Notes under the pieces: model-generated | What the model was told of the DNA's origin: nothing | Seen by the model: the letters and a program-made list of their open reading frames with translations, nothing else | Databases searched by the model: none | Part shown: positions 42,173 through 53,552 of the stretch, piece after piece | How the letters are laid out: every line of letters starts with the position of its first letter | Numbering within the stretch: the stretch's first letter is position 1 | Made by a program: the position numbers and the translations under genes | Assembly: GCA_963714975.1 (NCBI GenBank) | Contig: CAVQQD010000001.1 | Coordinates: 32,001 to 96,000, forward strand | Origin: an uncultured Gammaproteobacteria bacterium | GTDB taxonomy: Bacteria > Pseudomonadota > Gammaproteobacteria > JAURND01 | Direction: 5' to 3' | DNA length: 64,000 nt

Positions 42173-42959
42173 TCACACAGGGATAACTTGTCTGAAAATT
42201 ATCCCCCTATTCTGAAGTTCATAGGTAGCTTTGGCTTTAATCGTTAGTAACCAATGATAATATAGGATAACTCAAAAAAAGGCGATCAGCGTAAGGCAAC
42301 CCGTTAGCTTGATCGTCATTTGTGCTATCCTATCTGATACAGTTGGCACTCCCAGCAGCCTTGTTCCCCCTTGTTTCTTACCAGCCCGGATTAGGCTCGT
42401 GCCATCTTTACGCCGAAGCTACATATACAGTAAACAGGTGACCTATATGCTTGCCTCAAAACAGTAGTTAAGATTTTGATTTTGACGTTACTTAGATTTA
42501 ACGACGCTTCAACAACGGTTCAGGTTTATTCACCTTCCTAATCCATACCTCGCCAGCTTTTGCTGACTTTTCTTAACGCTCACTACCATTATTCCAGCAG
42601 CTTAAGATGGTTTGTAATCGACTCCTATAAGCAGATTACGGCGGTTCTACCGCCATCTTCAATGTAGCTTTGCTACGGCACATTCTATCTGGTATCTTTC
42701 CTCTGCGGTCAAATGCTTGTATTCCATTGGCAACCTCGATTCCAGTCAAAGTGGCCATTAGTTTACTTCGTTTGGCCGCTATCTTGTTATCAAAATTGCA
42801 CTTCGTATTTGAATCCGCCTCCGCCTCCAAATTTTATGGGACAAAATGGGACAAATGCCTATAAAGCGCTTGTCCCGAGACACATGAATGTAACCAGCTA
42901 ATTTTATGTCACTTTTAAGTAATGGGACAAGTAGGACAAGCGGGACAAAGCTTTTTAGT

Positions 42960-44157
42960 TTATTTTGTCTCACTCAATGAACTGGCCTCCAGTTTTTCTG
43001 CCTGCTTCAACCCAGCAGCCATCAAAATAGCATTGGTTGCCTTTTCAACTGATTCGCGTACTGGATCAAGGTCTAATCGTGCATAAATGGCAGTCGTTTG
43101 CGGAGATTTATGATTAAGAGATTTACCAATAATGGTTAACGAAGCCCCCGTTTTTGCCTGCCAGCTGCCTAAAGGTGCGGCGTAAATCATGTATTCTAGA
43201 TTCTCAATGCCGCTTCTTTAAGTACACGCCACCAACCTTTTTTAGGCTCTACTAAGTGTCCAGACTTGCCATTACCTGGAAATACATATTGGTTAGTGGC
43301 GGTTGTTTTGCGATGTTTCAGATATGATGACAGCTTCCTCAGATAAAGCGACAGTCTGAGGATCACCATTTTTGGTTGCTGGAATGCGCCACTCAGCACG
43401 ATCCCAGCTTATTTCATCCCATTTCATGGCCATCAAATTAGCACGTCGTGCGCCAGTTAGTATTGCCAGTAGAATGCAGTCTCGGATAGTTTCATTAGGT
43501 TCTTGGGCCAAAGCAACAAAAAAACGAGGTAATTCCTCAGATTGTAAAAAACGATCACGCGATTTTTCTTGAAATTTTTGTATACCCAATGCAGGATTAG
43601 GTTTATCCCAAAGGCCAAATTCTTTAGCTTTATTAAACATAACACTCAATAATGCAATGATGCGATTCGCTCCTGTTTTATGGTTCTTGCTACCCATATC
43701 AGCATGTAATTTCAGAATATCCACTTTCGTGATTTGAGATATTTTCTTATCCTTCCAATGTGCCAGGCGCGAATTAAATCTAGAAACATCAGTTTTCCAA
43801 GATTTTTTGTGCAGTTTGGCGTAGCCCTCCAAATATTCAGCGAAATAGCTCTCCTAAGGTTACCTCTGCCCGTTCAGAGCGACGCCGATCGTTTGGGTTT
43901 TCTCCTTTAGCAATCGCCGCATTGATTTCCATGGCTTTATTGCGCGCTTGCTCGATTGAAAAGTCAGGATATCGTCCTAAAGTAATACGCTCTGGTTTGC
44001 CATTAATCTTACGATAAACAATAAATGACTTATGTCCAGTGCTGGTGACGGTAATACCAAGACCGAGTGTTTTAGAATCGCAGTAATAACTTCGCTTATT
44101 AGCTTCCGGTAAAGGCAATGAATTCAAAATATGCTTGGTAAAATTTAGTTTAGGCAT
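42960..44157 (-). CDS. Tyrosine integrase with Arm DNA-binding domain (ICE integrase), frameshifted
   Basis: RITLGRYPDFSIEQAR; LTGARRAN; TKNG; IGKSLNHKSPQTTAIYARL. Confidence 0.92.
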
Positions 44158-44343
44158 CAAAATATTCCTCCATAGTAAGATACAAGCGGACATTCGGCGC
44201 TACCCTGGTGCTACTATATGGGTCAAATTTGGTTAGATTTGATCAAAGTTGATGAAAGGAATATTATGCGTAATGTACTGATTTGTAAAGATTTATTATA
44301 GATTATCGACGTAGATAGAAATAGATAAAATACTGGGTCTTTA

Positions 44344-44390
44344 GACTTTTAATCCGTTGGTCCCGCGTTCGAGTCGCGGACGGCCCACCA
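44344..44390 (+). repeat. att site: 3' half of tRNA-Lys(TTT), copy 1
   Basis: GACTTTTAATCCGTTGGTCCCGCGTTCGAGTCGCGGACGGCCCACCA; no 5' half upstream. Confidence 0.9.
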
Positions 44391-44668
44391 GTTAAATCAA
44401 TGGCTTACCATAAATACCCATGGGATCAATTGAATCATTTATGTAATTTTGGTGTAACCATATTATCCGCAGACATCCACATTTATGCACTTAGCAGCGA
44501 ACCAATCCATTCTTTTCAGCCAAGACATGGTACGCATGGCGATTCTTTGAAAATTGCCAATGCACCATAAAAATATATTTTGTTTTATAATAAAATAGTA
44601 ATTTTAAGTTGCTCCAACATCCATAAATATTTATAATAACGGACGAGTAAATGTGATTTAGTAGAGAG

Positions 44669-45629
44669 GTGACTATGCAAGAACCACTACAATTCAAAAT
44701 TATACATGTCGCTGTACAACATCAATACCCATTTGATGATCTGAGCCTCATCAGTAAAAGTGAACAATTCGCACTCAAGCATCGAACTGCAGAATCACAA
44801 TTTAAAGCAGCGCAATTCATTCTACAAAAACCGAACTGCCCTGTTGTGTTAGAAAATCTAAGTTTGAATATGGGAGAGAAAGATGTGAAAAAGTATAGGG
44901 CAAAATAATCTCAATATTATTTTTCCAAATGATCTACCTGATAGATTTTTAGAACTGACTGATGATCAAAAAATGTGTCTTTATAATCAGGAAGCAGCAA
45001 ATGTTTTATTTTACTTGGGTAAAATTCCAAAATTATATCGTTCACACGACTTTCAAAATGGATTTCTTATAAAGAAGCGAGATGAAATCGGTAAACTTCA
45101 TCTTAATAGGAGAACAGGGTCAGTAGGCGTATTGGATCAACCTCGCGAAGAAGAGGCAATTGAAAAATGCATAGAAGCCTGCGTTTTGGAATATGCTGCT
45201 AAAATAAAGCAGCATCAGGAAGAGGAACAGATTCCTTTTAATACTACCGTCATTATGATATATGGTGCTGGTCATAATTTTTCAAAATACCAGGGTCAAA
45301 GATATTCTAGAACATTAAAACAAGATGTAGTAATAGAGGTAGAGGTGATTGATTGTACAGTACCTCATCGCCATGTTCCAAATCATTCTTCAAACACATT
45401 TTCTAATATGTTACGCGTTAGAATCGGCATTTTTTTAATTGTTTCTTCTGTGCTAGCTTCCGCACTAATACCCAGTGTTTCTTTTGAACCATTTGGATCA
45501 CACGAAATAGGATTATCCATCATAATACTTGCTAGTATATTTATTGGTGCTGGAATGGGTTATCTATTTCCCAAGATAAAAAATTGTTTCTCCTCTCATA
45601 CTGATCAGGTATCCCCTTCAATTTCATGA
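44669..45629 (+). CDS. Hypothetical protein with two C-terminal TM helices, frameshifted near 44905
   Basis: Joined ORFs; a diverged partial copy lies at 50654. Confidence 0.65.
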
Positions 45630-46391
45630 CAGGAAACTAATTTTGGAATCAGGATTTTCTGAAACATATCTCTGCTGCAATTTATCCATCGCTGCCTGAA
45701 TATGCGCCCCATTCTGATGACTATACCGTTCGACCATTTGTAACGTTTTATGCCCCGATATCCGCTTTACAGTAGGTAGATCAACTCCTGCTTGCACTAA
45801 GTGCGTAATAGCCGTATGCCGTAATGTGTGGCGTACTACCTGCTTAACATCAAGGCCGGCCGCTTTTACAACCCGTCGAAATGATTTTTCAATGCTTACC
45901 GTGTGGCCTTGACTTGAATTCTTTGCTGGAAACAACCATTCTTCAGCTGGATCAATTGTCTTCAAATGTATCATTAAAAAATCTGCCAAACGTGCCGTTA
46001 TTGGCTGTTCCCGCACCCCGGACTTAGCTTTAGGGACATATATTACACGTCTGTGTAAATCAATATGGTCAATTTTGATGGACAGAATTTCCATTCTCCG
46101 CATAGCGGTTTCTAGGCCAATTAGAATAAACGGATAAATTTTTGAATTTTGATCTTCTTTGGCTATTTCCATCAGGCGGTTCACCTGGTCAACAGTCAAA
46201 TAAACAATTCTGCCCTGACCTTCCTTAAAGCGCCTTATTAAAAAGGGCTTTTTATCAATCCACGACCATTCCATAGCTTTGTTATATAAATGAGATATCA
46301 CAGCTAATTCACGATTAACTGTACCCTCTGTCGCTTTTTCAACTAAACGTTGCTTTTTATATCGTTCCACATCAGAACTGGTGATTTTGTC
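45624..46391 (-). pseudogene. Tyrosine integrase, 5' end removed by IS66
   Basis: ETAMRRMEIL, HTLRHT, ISGHKTLQMVERYSH. Confidence 0.88.
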
Positions 46392-46471
46392 GTATCCCCC
46401 CAATAATCCCACCTAACGTTTAATAAAAATTTTAGATAATCCACCTCCGAATAACTTAGAGGAGGAAATTA

Positions 46472-46810
46472 ATGAATAAAAACTTAAAAAGAAAGTTTAG
46501 CATTGAGGAAAGGCGCGACCATTATCAAGCATTTAAAAAATCAGGGATGAGCCATACTGCATTTTGCAGAGCAAGTGGCATTTCTAAATCAGCACTTTAT
46601 GTATGGAAGAAAGAATTTCAAGGAGGCGGTCATTTTAATTTTTCACCGCTGGTATTGGCTGAACTAGCCAGGGAGTCAGTCCAAGGTAGTGATGCGGTCT
46701 CCCTAGAAATTCGCTTGGCCAACCAAGTACAGCTACACATGAGGCTTCCTAGAGATCAACTAATTTCATTAATTCGAGAGCTTAATTATGAATCTGCAAT
46801 TACACGGTAA
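46472..46810 (+). CDS. tnpA: IS66 accessory protein TnpA
   Basis: FKKSGMSHTAFCRASGISKSALYVW. Confidence 0.85.
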   Translation: MNKNLKRKFSIEERRDHYQAFKKSGMSHTAFCRASGISKSALYVWKKEFQGGGHFNFSPLVLAELARESVQGSDAVSLEIRLANQVQLHMRLPRDQLISLIRELNYESAITR

Positions 46811-47141
46811 AACAATATGGCTTTGTCGTCGCGCGATTGACTTTAGATGCTCGATCGATGGGCTAACCCATTTAGTTATGAAGGAACTGAATCATAATCC
46901 ACGAGAAGGGGTTTATTTATTTTTTAATCGCACCCGAGATAAAATCAAATGCTTATCGTGGCACAAAAATGGTTTTATTCTGCTTTACAAGCGGCTAGAG
47001 CTGGGGCGCTTTCAGCTGCGTTTTAATAAAGAAACAGGTGCAATTGAAATGAAGGCCGATGAATTTGGATGGCTGCTTGCAGGATTAGAGTGGCAAAAAA
47101 TGAGCAATTGGCGCGAATTAGACTATGATAAATTTAGTTAA
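46788..47141 (+). CDS. tnpB: IS66 accessory protein TnpB
   Basis: IDFRCSIDGL..YLFFNRTRDKIKCL..LYKRLELGRF. Confidence 0.92.
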   Translation: MNLQLHGKTIWLCRRAIDFRCSIDGLTHLVMKELNHNPREGVYLFFNRTRDKIKCLSWHKNGFILLYKRLELGRFQLRFNKETGAIEMKADEFGWLLAGLEWQKMSNWRELDYDKFS

Positions 47142-47378
47142 AAAAAGCTTGACAGGATTTTGGTGCGATTTTTGTTTTTTCGAATCTGCTTTCGAGCTGC
47201 CTTTATTCCCAGGTTAGAAGTGGGCAATAAATGTCTATAAGGTGAGTACAAAACTATAGACATGCCCCTACCTAGTGTAAAAAAAATAAAACATCCTTGA
47301 CCGTTTTTGAGCGTCAAAATGGACCTTAAAAAACTCATGCTACAATGCCTTTAATAAAAATAAATTAAAGGGGGATTC

Positions 47379-48320
47379 ATGAGGCAAGGTGATTTTGAAA
47401 AACTACATCAAGCTTATGTATTGCGTGGAGTTGAGCTTGAGCGATTGCAGGTACATGTTTCTGAGTTAGAGCAAGAAATTGCTCGGCTCAAGGAAATTTT
47501 AAAGTTAAATCAAAATACTTTGTTTGGAACAAAAAGTGAAGTAGGATCGGGTGTTAATTCGCCATTTTCTCCCACAATCCCTGCCACTCAGGCAATCGAT
47601 CCTTCAACGCTAGAAACAGTCACAGTGGCTGCTCATACTCGAACGGTCCCACCACGTGGTAAGCGTCGCTTCAATACCCCTAACTTACCTCGGTATACCC
47701 TAATTCATGATTTATCTGAGTCCGAAAAAATATGCGCTTGTTGCCAGGGTTCCTTGCATGTCATTGATCGAGAAAAATCTGAACAATTAGAAATTATCCC
47801 TGTTCAATACTGCAGAATTGAGCATATTCGCCTAAAGTATGGCTGCCGTACCTGTGTATCCGTAGTGATGGCGCCTAAACCTATGGCACCCCTGCCTAAG
47901 GCTATTGCCGGCGCTAGCCTGTTAACTGATGTGATCTTAAATAAATATCAATACCATTTGCCCCTATATCGTCAATCTAAAATCATGCGTAGCTCTGAGG
48001 TTGATATTCCCGACAAAACCTTAGCGAATTGGGTGTTTGCTGCGGGTAAAGCCTTACTCAAAGTCTATGAGGCGATGTGGGTGGTGCTCAAACAACGCTA
48101 TTTACAGGTCGATGAAACGCCAGTTAAGGTGCTGGAGACCAATAAGAAAGGTTATGTTTGGACTTATTTTGCTCCCAACGTGGGTCAAGGGTTAGTGGTT
48201 TTTGAATTCAGTTTAACTCGCCAGGCTGAGGTGGTGAATCAACGCCTTAAAACATTTCGCGGTTTGCTACAAACTGATGGGTATAGTGGGTATGAGGGAT
48301 TGCGTAAACGTGCACTTTAA
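47379..48320 (+). pseudogene. tnpC: IS66 transposase TnpC, truncated
   Basis: LFGTKSE, zinc finger, KYQYHLPLYRQ, VDETPV, LQTDGYSGY, then a stop. Confidence 0.9.
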
Positions 48321-48977
48321 ACAAATGACGGTTTGAATGTCGTTTATTTGTAATCTTTTATTAAATAAAAATAGTAACTATTAGAACAACCAATGTGGGC
48401 GAAGTATGATATAAGCTGTGGGCAATACTGTGAAAATACGGTATTTTCACATTTTGTCCATCAGCTTATTCATACGCCTCAACGAGTCGTCCACATTTCA
48501 AATTAATAGCTCATCATTTTTCTTCATGGCTAAAATTGAGTTTTTGGGCACTGAGCAGATCATTTAAGGAAGCCTCTATGGTATTAGCAGCAATTTCTAC
48601 TAAATCACTTACCACCCATAAATAATGATGTAACAAATGGAAAGGTTGGATGAGCAAATCACGTTCCAATATCATATCTAGTAAAGACTTGGCTTTAATT
48701 AATTTTTCACTGATAAGTTCTTGAGAATCAATTTAATTTGTTGGTTTATTAACTGCGTTAGATGATTTATGCTGTGTTCAGCCATAACTAAACTCCTTTG
48801 AAGTTTTGGTGTGGTTAGTGGCGCATATGGTCGGTGAACCAAGTGCGTCACGCTCTGTATGATTGATTCATACGGTACGTATCGTATGATCTAGTAGTCT
48901 ATTTGTCAAGCTTATAATTCATATAGTATGATCCAGTTATGGAGCATACTTAAAACAATGTAGCAAAAGGAAAGCCT

Positions 48978-49193
48978 ATGAAACAAAAAGCCATCAGAAA
49001 GACTTATACACTTACTGAACTTGATCTTGTGCTCATAGAAGAGATAAAAGATAGATTGTTAAATAAAAAGCAAGTGGTAACTGATAGCCAAGTTATACGC
49101 ATGGGATTAGCATTATTGAATTCTAGCAAAGAAGTTGATCTTGTTAAGCTCACCCAAGAAGTTCCAGCATTAACAAAAAAAGTAAAATTATAA
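48978..49193 (+). CDS. Small ribbon-helix-helix-like protein
   Basis: RKTYTL..DSQVIRMGL; RBS present. Confidence 0.55.
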   Translation: MKQKAIRKTYTLTELDLVLIEEIKDRLLNKKQVVTDSQVIRMGLALLNSSKEVDLVKLTQEVPALTKKVKL

Positions 49194-49211
49194 TTTTTGA
49201 AGAAGAGGAAT

Positions 49212-50293
49212 ATGACTCCCAAAAAGCGTAGCCTCCAAGATAATATGAGCAAGGCTGTGGGTTTATCAGAAAAATTGATTGATGATCTCCGGTATATGAT
49301 CAATGAAGCTCGTCATGTCATAGCTACTTCAATCAATGCAAAACTAACCATGCTTTATTGGCATGTAGGTTCGCGGGTTTTTAATGAACTGTTAAGAGGA
49401 GAGCGAGGAGAATATGGCGAGTCAATTGTCGTGACAGTGTCACGACAATTGGTAAAGGATTATGGAGTGGGTTTTCTGATAAGAATCTACGTCGGATGCT
49501 GCAGTTTGCTGAATCTTTTCCTGACGAGCAAATTGTCGCGACATTGTCACGACAATTGAGCTGGTCTCATTTTATAACCTTAATCCCAATTAAAGATAGT
49601 ATTCAACGAGATTTTTATGCTGAAATGAGCAGAATTGAGCGCTGGAGCGTTCGAACGTTACGTGATAAGGTTGGTTCTATGTTGTATGAGCGAACCGCGC
49701 TATCGAAGAAACCGCTGCCCTTAGTGCAAACGGAAGTGGAGGCTCTTCGCAATAATGACAGAGTCGCACCCGCCATGGTCTTTCGTGATCCCTACATACT
49801 AGATTTTTTGAATTTGAATGATCGATATGTAGAGAAGGATTTGGAAGATGCTATTATGCGGGAACTTGAGCAGTTTTTATTAGAACTGGGTGGAGGTTTT
49901 ACATTCATTGCCCGTCAAAAACGCATTACTATTGATGGCGAGGATTTTTATATCGACCTATTGTTTTTCCATCGGGATTTGCAACGGCTCGTGGCAATTG
50001 AACTAAAACTCGGGGATTTTAAATCTGCTTATAAAGGTCAAATGGAACTGTATCTTCGCTGGTTAGACAAGTATGAACGCCGCGCCGAAGAAGAGTCGCC
50101 AATAGGTTTAATTCTCTGTGCAGGCAAGAAGAAAGAACAAATTGAGTTATTGGAATTAGATCGTTCTGGCATCCATGTTGCTGAATACCTCACAATTTTG
50201 CCTCCTAAAGAGGTGTTGCGCGAGAGGCTACATAAAGCTATTGAACAAGCAAGGCAGCGCTTGGAAAATGAAGTGGTGAAAGAAGATTTCTAA
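49212..50293 (+). CDS. YhcG/DUF1016 PD-(D/E)XK nuclease, frameshifted
   Basis: LYWHVG, LSWSHF, WSVRTL, DPYILDFL, YIDLLF..AIELK, GQMELY. Confidence 0.92.
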
Positions 50294-50483
50294 GCCCTAA
50301 AGTATTTTTTAATCCAAAAATGAGGCTACTGATTTTGGTGTAATTCCTGTGTAATCGTGCCAAGAAAAGTATAGAACTTTGTAGCATTTTTGGGCATTTT
50401 AGAGATAGTACTAAAATTAAAAATCGCAATAAAATCAACTAGTTGGATAGTTATAGAACTTTTTAGAATAATGGATTAACGTC

Positions 50484-50528
50484 CTTTTAATCCGTTGGTC
50501 CCGCGTTCGAGTCGCGGACGGCCCACCA
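50484..50528 (+). repeat. att site: 3' half of tRNA-Lys, copy 2
   Basis: Identical to 44346-44390. Confidence 0.9.
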
Positions 50529-50653
50529 GTTAAATCAATGGCTTACCATAAATACCCATGGGATCAATTGAATCATTTATGTAATTTTGGTGTAACCATA
50601 TTATCCGCAGACATCCACATTTATGCACTTAGCAAATGTGATTTAGTAGAGAG

Positions 50654-51154
50654 GTGACTATGCAAGAACCACTACAATTCAAAATTATACATGTCGCTGT
50701 ACAACATCAATACCCATTTGATGATCTGGGCCTTATCGGTAAAAGTGAAGCACTCGCACTCAAGTATCGAACAGCAGAATCACAATTTAAAGCAGCGCAA
50801 GTCATTCTAAAAAAACCGAACTGTCCTGTTGTGTTAGAAAATCTAAGTTTAAATATGGGAGCGGAAGATGCGAAAAGTACAGGGCAAAGAAATCCCAATA
50901 CTATTTTTCCAAATGATCTACCTGATAGATTTTTAGAACTGACTGATGATCAAAAAATGTGTCTTTATGATCAAGAAGCAGCAAATGTTTTATTTTACTT
51001 GGGTAAAATTCCAAAATTATATCGTTCACACGAGTTTCGCAATGGATTTCTTACAAAGAAGCAAGATGAAATAGGTAAACTTCATTTTAATAGGAGAGCA
51101 GAGGCAATAAGCGTATTGGATCAACCTCGCGAAGAAGAGGCAAGAACCCACTGA
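50654..51154 (+). pseudogene. Truncated paralog of the 44669 gene
   Basis: Near-identical MQEPLQFKIIHVAVQHQ..LDQPREEEA, then an abrupt end. Confidence 0.85.
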
Positions 51155-51171
51155 AGCGAGTTGCGCACAGG

Positions 51172-51522
51172 TTGCGTAATCGCAGTAGGAATCCTCGCCC
51201 ACCCATTTCTGATGCAGTTATAAAATTGCTGGAGCAATCGGTTGCGGGAATGATGCGAAAAGTGGATGAAGCCAATCAAATCATCGACATGTTGTTAGTC
51301 AATATTAATAGCTTGCATCCAAAAAAATTAATTCATCCGCAACGGTGCTCTGCCCGACACTGCATTAATCATGCCTTGTCTCACTATGCGCTAAGTCAAA
51401 ATTTGCCGGAAATTATCTGGGAAGACAAGACCGACTTTGAGTTTTACGGAGAAAAAATGCTGCTAGTGCACGTGCTATTTAATCTGTTGAAAAATGCCAT
51501 TTATTTTATCCACTATCGCTAA
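51172..51522 (+). pseudogene. Sensor histidine kinase fragment (LqsS/LqsT-like)
   Basis: HVLFNLLKNA N-box. Confidence 0.7.
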
Positions 51523-51529
51523 CCCTATC

Positions 51530-52412
51530 CAGCCAATTTAGTTGTCAGCTATTTACGGCGCATCAAGACGCTGAACAGTTTCTCTCCGAGAAAGATGCTA
51601 AGTCTAAATCATTTAAGGCCCGATATTTGCAAATCGATTACCAGGATTTATGTCGGTATTCGGTTAACATTGAAATAGCGCAAATTTATCAAGAGCTATG
51701 GGATCGACAACGATTTACCAGAACGGCTATCCTGATTGTTGATTATGACATGCCGGGTTTGAATGGTCTGGAACTAGCGCGGCGCTTGAAATCCAAACTA
51801 GCAATTAAAGTTATGCTACTGACTGGCGAAGCAGATCAACAAACAGCGATTACGGCATTCAATCAGGGAGAAATTGATCGATTCTTACCGAAAAGTGCAG
51901 CCGACTGCAATGAGCGCTTAATCCAATATGTCCATCAGTTGCGCAGTGGGATTATTTTCGGGAGCTTTCTACAGTGGTTCTAGAGCCACTGATGGCGCAA
52001 GGATCTCATCCCTTGCAGGACAAGTATTTTCACGCGTTATTTCATCAAACTATGGAAGAATGGGAAATAACCGAGTTCTATTTACTGGATGAATCAGGGA
52101 GTTTTTTAATGCTGGATGCGTGTGGTCAGGCCACCTGGTTACTTGTCCGAACCGAGGCAGACATGGAATTATTTGATGACATGGCGAATATGGAATCAGA
52201 CGTACCCGATACTTTGTTAAAAACCCTAGGAAACAGAGAAAAATTGTATTTTTGCCGCAACAATCAGCATCAGTGCTACCGTTTAAAGATTGGTTGATCT
52301 ATGATGCAACACAATTAGCGGATCGAGAAATTTATTACTGTGTCGTGCGAGGTTGGCACAATGCGAATTGGCCCGTTGAGAAATTACTGAGTTATTCAGA
52401 ATTTTTGCAATG
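51530..52412 (+). pseudogene. Response regulator (LqsR-like), 5'-truncated and frameshifted
   Basis: IVDYDMPGLNGLE..LLTGEAD..AFNQGEIDRFLPK; EFYLLDESGSFLMLD. Confidence 0.75.
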
Positions 52413-52942
52413 ATTTTAATTCAAGCTGATCCTTACGCTATTCTTTGGTTTCATCCACAAAGATTTCATTTAAGTTGGCGGCATCCATTACTTTTTCACC
52501 CCATAATAATAGCGTTTCAGCATCAGCTTTAGTGATCTGTCGAGCAATTGGATTTGGCACATCCCCAAAGCAATGGCGAATTAGCGAGCTCGTGAGAATG
52601 TCATAAACACAACGCGAGCCTCGGGTGAGTGCCTCTGCACAGACACGTTCAATTGTCAGTAAACAACTTATCAACACGAATGTTTTCAAGTTGACGCTCT
52701 GGGTTTTGATCGAAGCTACTTACGCGCACATAGCCGATGCGTTGACCGTGCAAAGTGGGTACTCCGGATAATTTTTTTTGATTTTCTGTCAGGAAAGACT
52801 CTATGACCCATCAAGGAAGGTGTCAATAAATTCGAACTCGCACTCTAACCTGACGTATTTTGGCGTGGTCGTCTGACGTCAGGTTTGGGTATAGCTTAAA
52901 TTGACGGTATACTTTAAACTGACATTCAACTTTGAGAAAAAA

Positions 52943-53326
52943 ATGAACGAAATTGAAGAAAAATTAGGTTTACCAGCAACTCCTGGATATCGCTATGCAA
53001 GACATGTTGGGAATCAACTCTTTATATCGGGTCAGGTGCCTCATAACAAGGCAGGTGAAATTGAAGCTCTATCCAGCCCATTTAAACAGGCGCAAAAATG
53101 CCTTTCTAATCTTGATTTATTGTTAAACTGTTATCAGTTTAACAAGCGCCATATCCAACAAATAACTATCTATGTTGTCGGCAACAGAGACGCTCTAAGT
53201 GAGGCGTGGCAAGCTGTGAAGCAGTATTTTAATGGAATTGTACCTCCAGCAACTCTTTTAGGTGTAGCCCTTCTTGGGCATGAAAATCAGTTGGTCGAAA
53301 TAGACGCAACTATTACAAAAAATTGA
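52943..53326 (+). CDS. RidA/YjgF family protein
   Basis: LFISGQVP, PPATLLGV..LVEIDA. Confidence 0.9.
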   Translation: MNEIEEKLGLPATPGYRYARHVGNQLFISGQVPHNKAGEIEALSSPFKQAQKCLSNLDLLLNCYQFNKRHIQQITIYVVGNRDALSEAWQAVKQYFNGIVPPATLLGVALLGHENQLVEIDATITKN

Positions 53327-53389
53327 GTCGTTTTTCTGTCAAGTCACATTAAAAGCAATCTGCTCATATGTTTTTCGTTATCGTACAAT

Positions 53390-53480
53390 ATTTTCCGTTT
53401 CGTGAACTGACCCCAAGTTGGATGCCCCATGCCTTCCCTCATCTTTCCACTGCTGTGCTATGGTCATAATTTCACCTGGC
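53390..53480 (-). pseudogene. Rpn/YhgA-like transposase C-terminal fragment
   Basis: GEIMTIAQQWKDEG. Confidence 0.5.
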
Positions 53481-53490
53481 CTGCATTCAT

Positions 53491-53551
53491 AGTTGACATT
53501 TCCATCTGAAACTCTATAATTTTTATAGGGTTTCAGATGGAAATGTCAACT
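53491..53551 (+). promoter_or_regulatory. AbiE promoter inside an inverted-repeat operator
   Basis: 22-bp perfect IR (53491-53512 and 53530-53551) overlapping TTGACA-16 bp-TATAAT. Confidence 0.88.
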
Positions 53552-53552
53552 T

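Larger units (their letters stand above)
1377..44390 (-). mobile_element. PFGI-1/LGI-type ICE integrated at tRNA-Lys; left boundary not seen
   Basis: Integrase beside tRNA-Lys 3' att; lvrA; full GI-type T4SS gene order; traD, traI-like and ssb. Inclusion of the 1.4-6.9 kb cargo is inferred. Confidence 0.8.
46392..48320 (+). mobile_element. IS66-family element, right-truncated
   Basis: GTA-starting end GTATCCCCCCAATAATCCCACC; tnpA-tnpB-tnpC order. Confidence 0.88.
44346..50528. mobile_element. Second, decayed integrative element bounded by tRNA-Lys direct repeats
   Basis: 45-bp att repeats at both ends; integrase remnant inside; GTGTAA-type repeats near each end. Confidence 0.75.

Noticed and set aside
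44317-44390. Functional tRNA-Lys gene (also at 50484-50528)
   Set aside because: Only the anticodon loop to CCA is present; there is no acceptor 5' strand or D arm, so these are att sites
52438-52800. HEPN-domain gene
   Set aside because: Only a weak resemblance in a broken ORF; not supportable without a search
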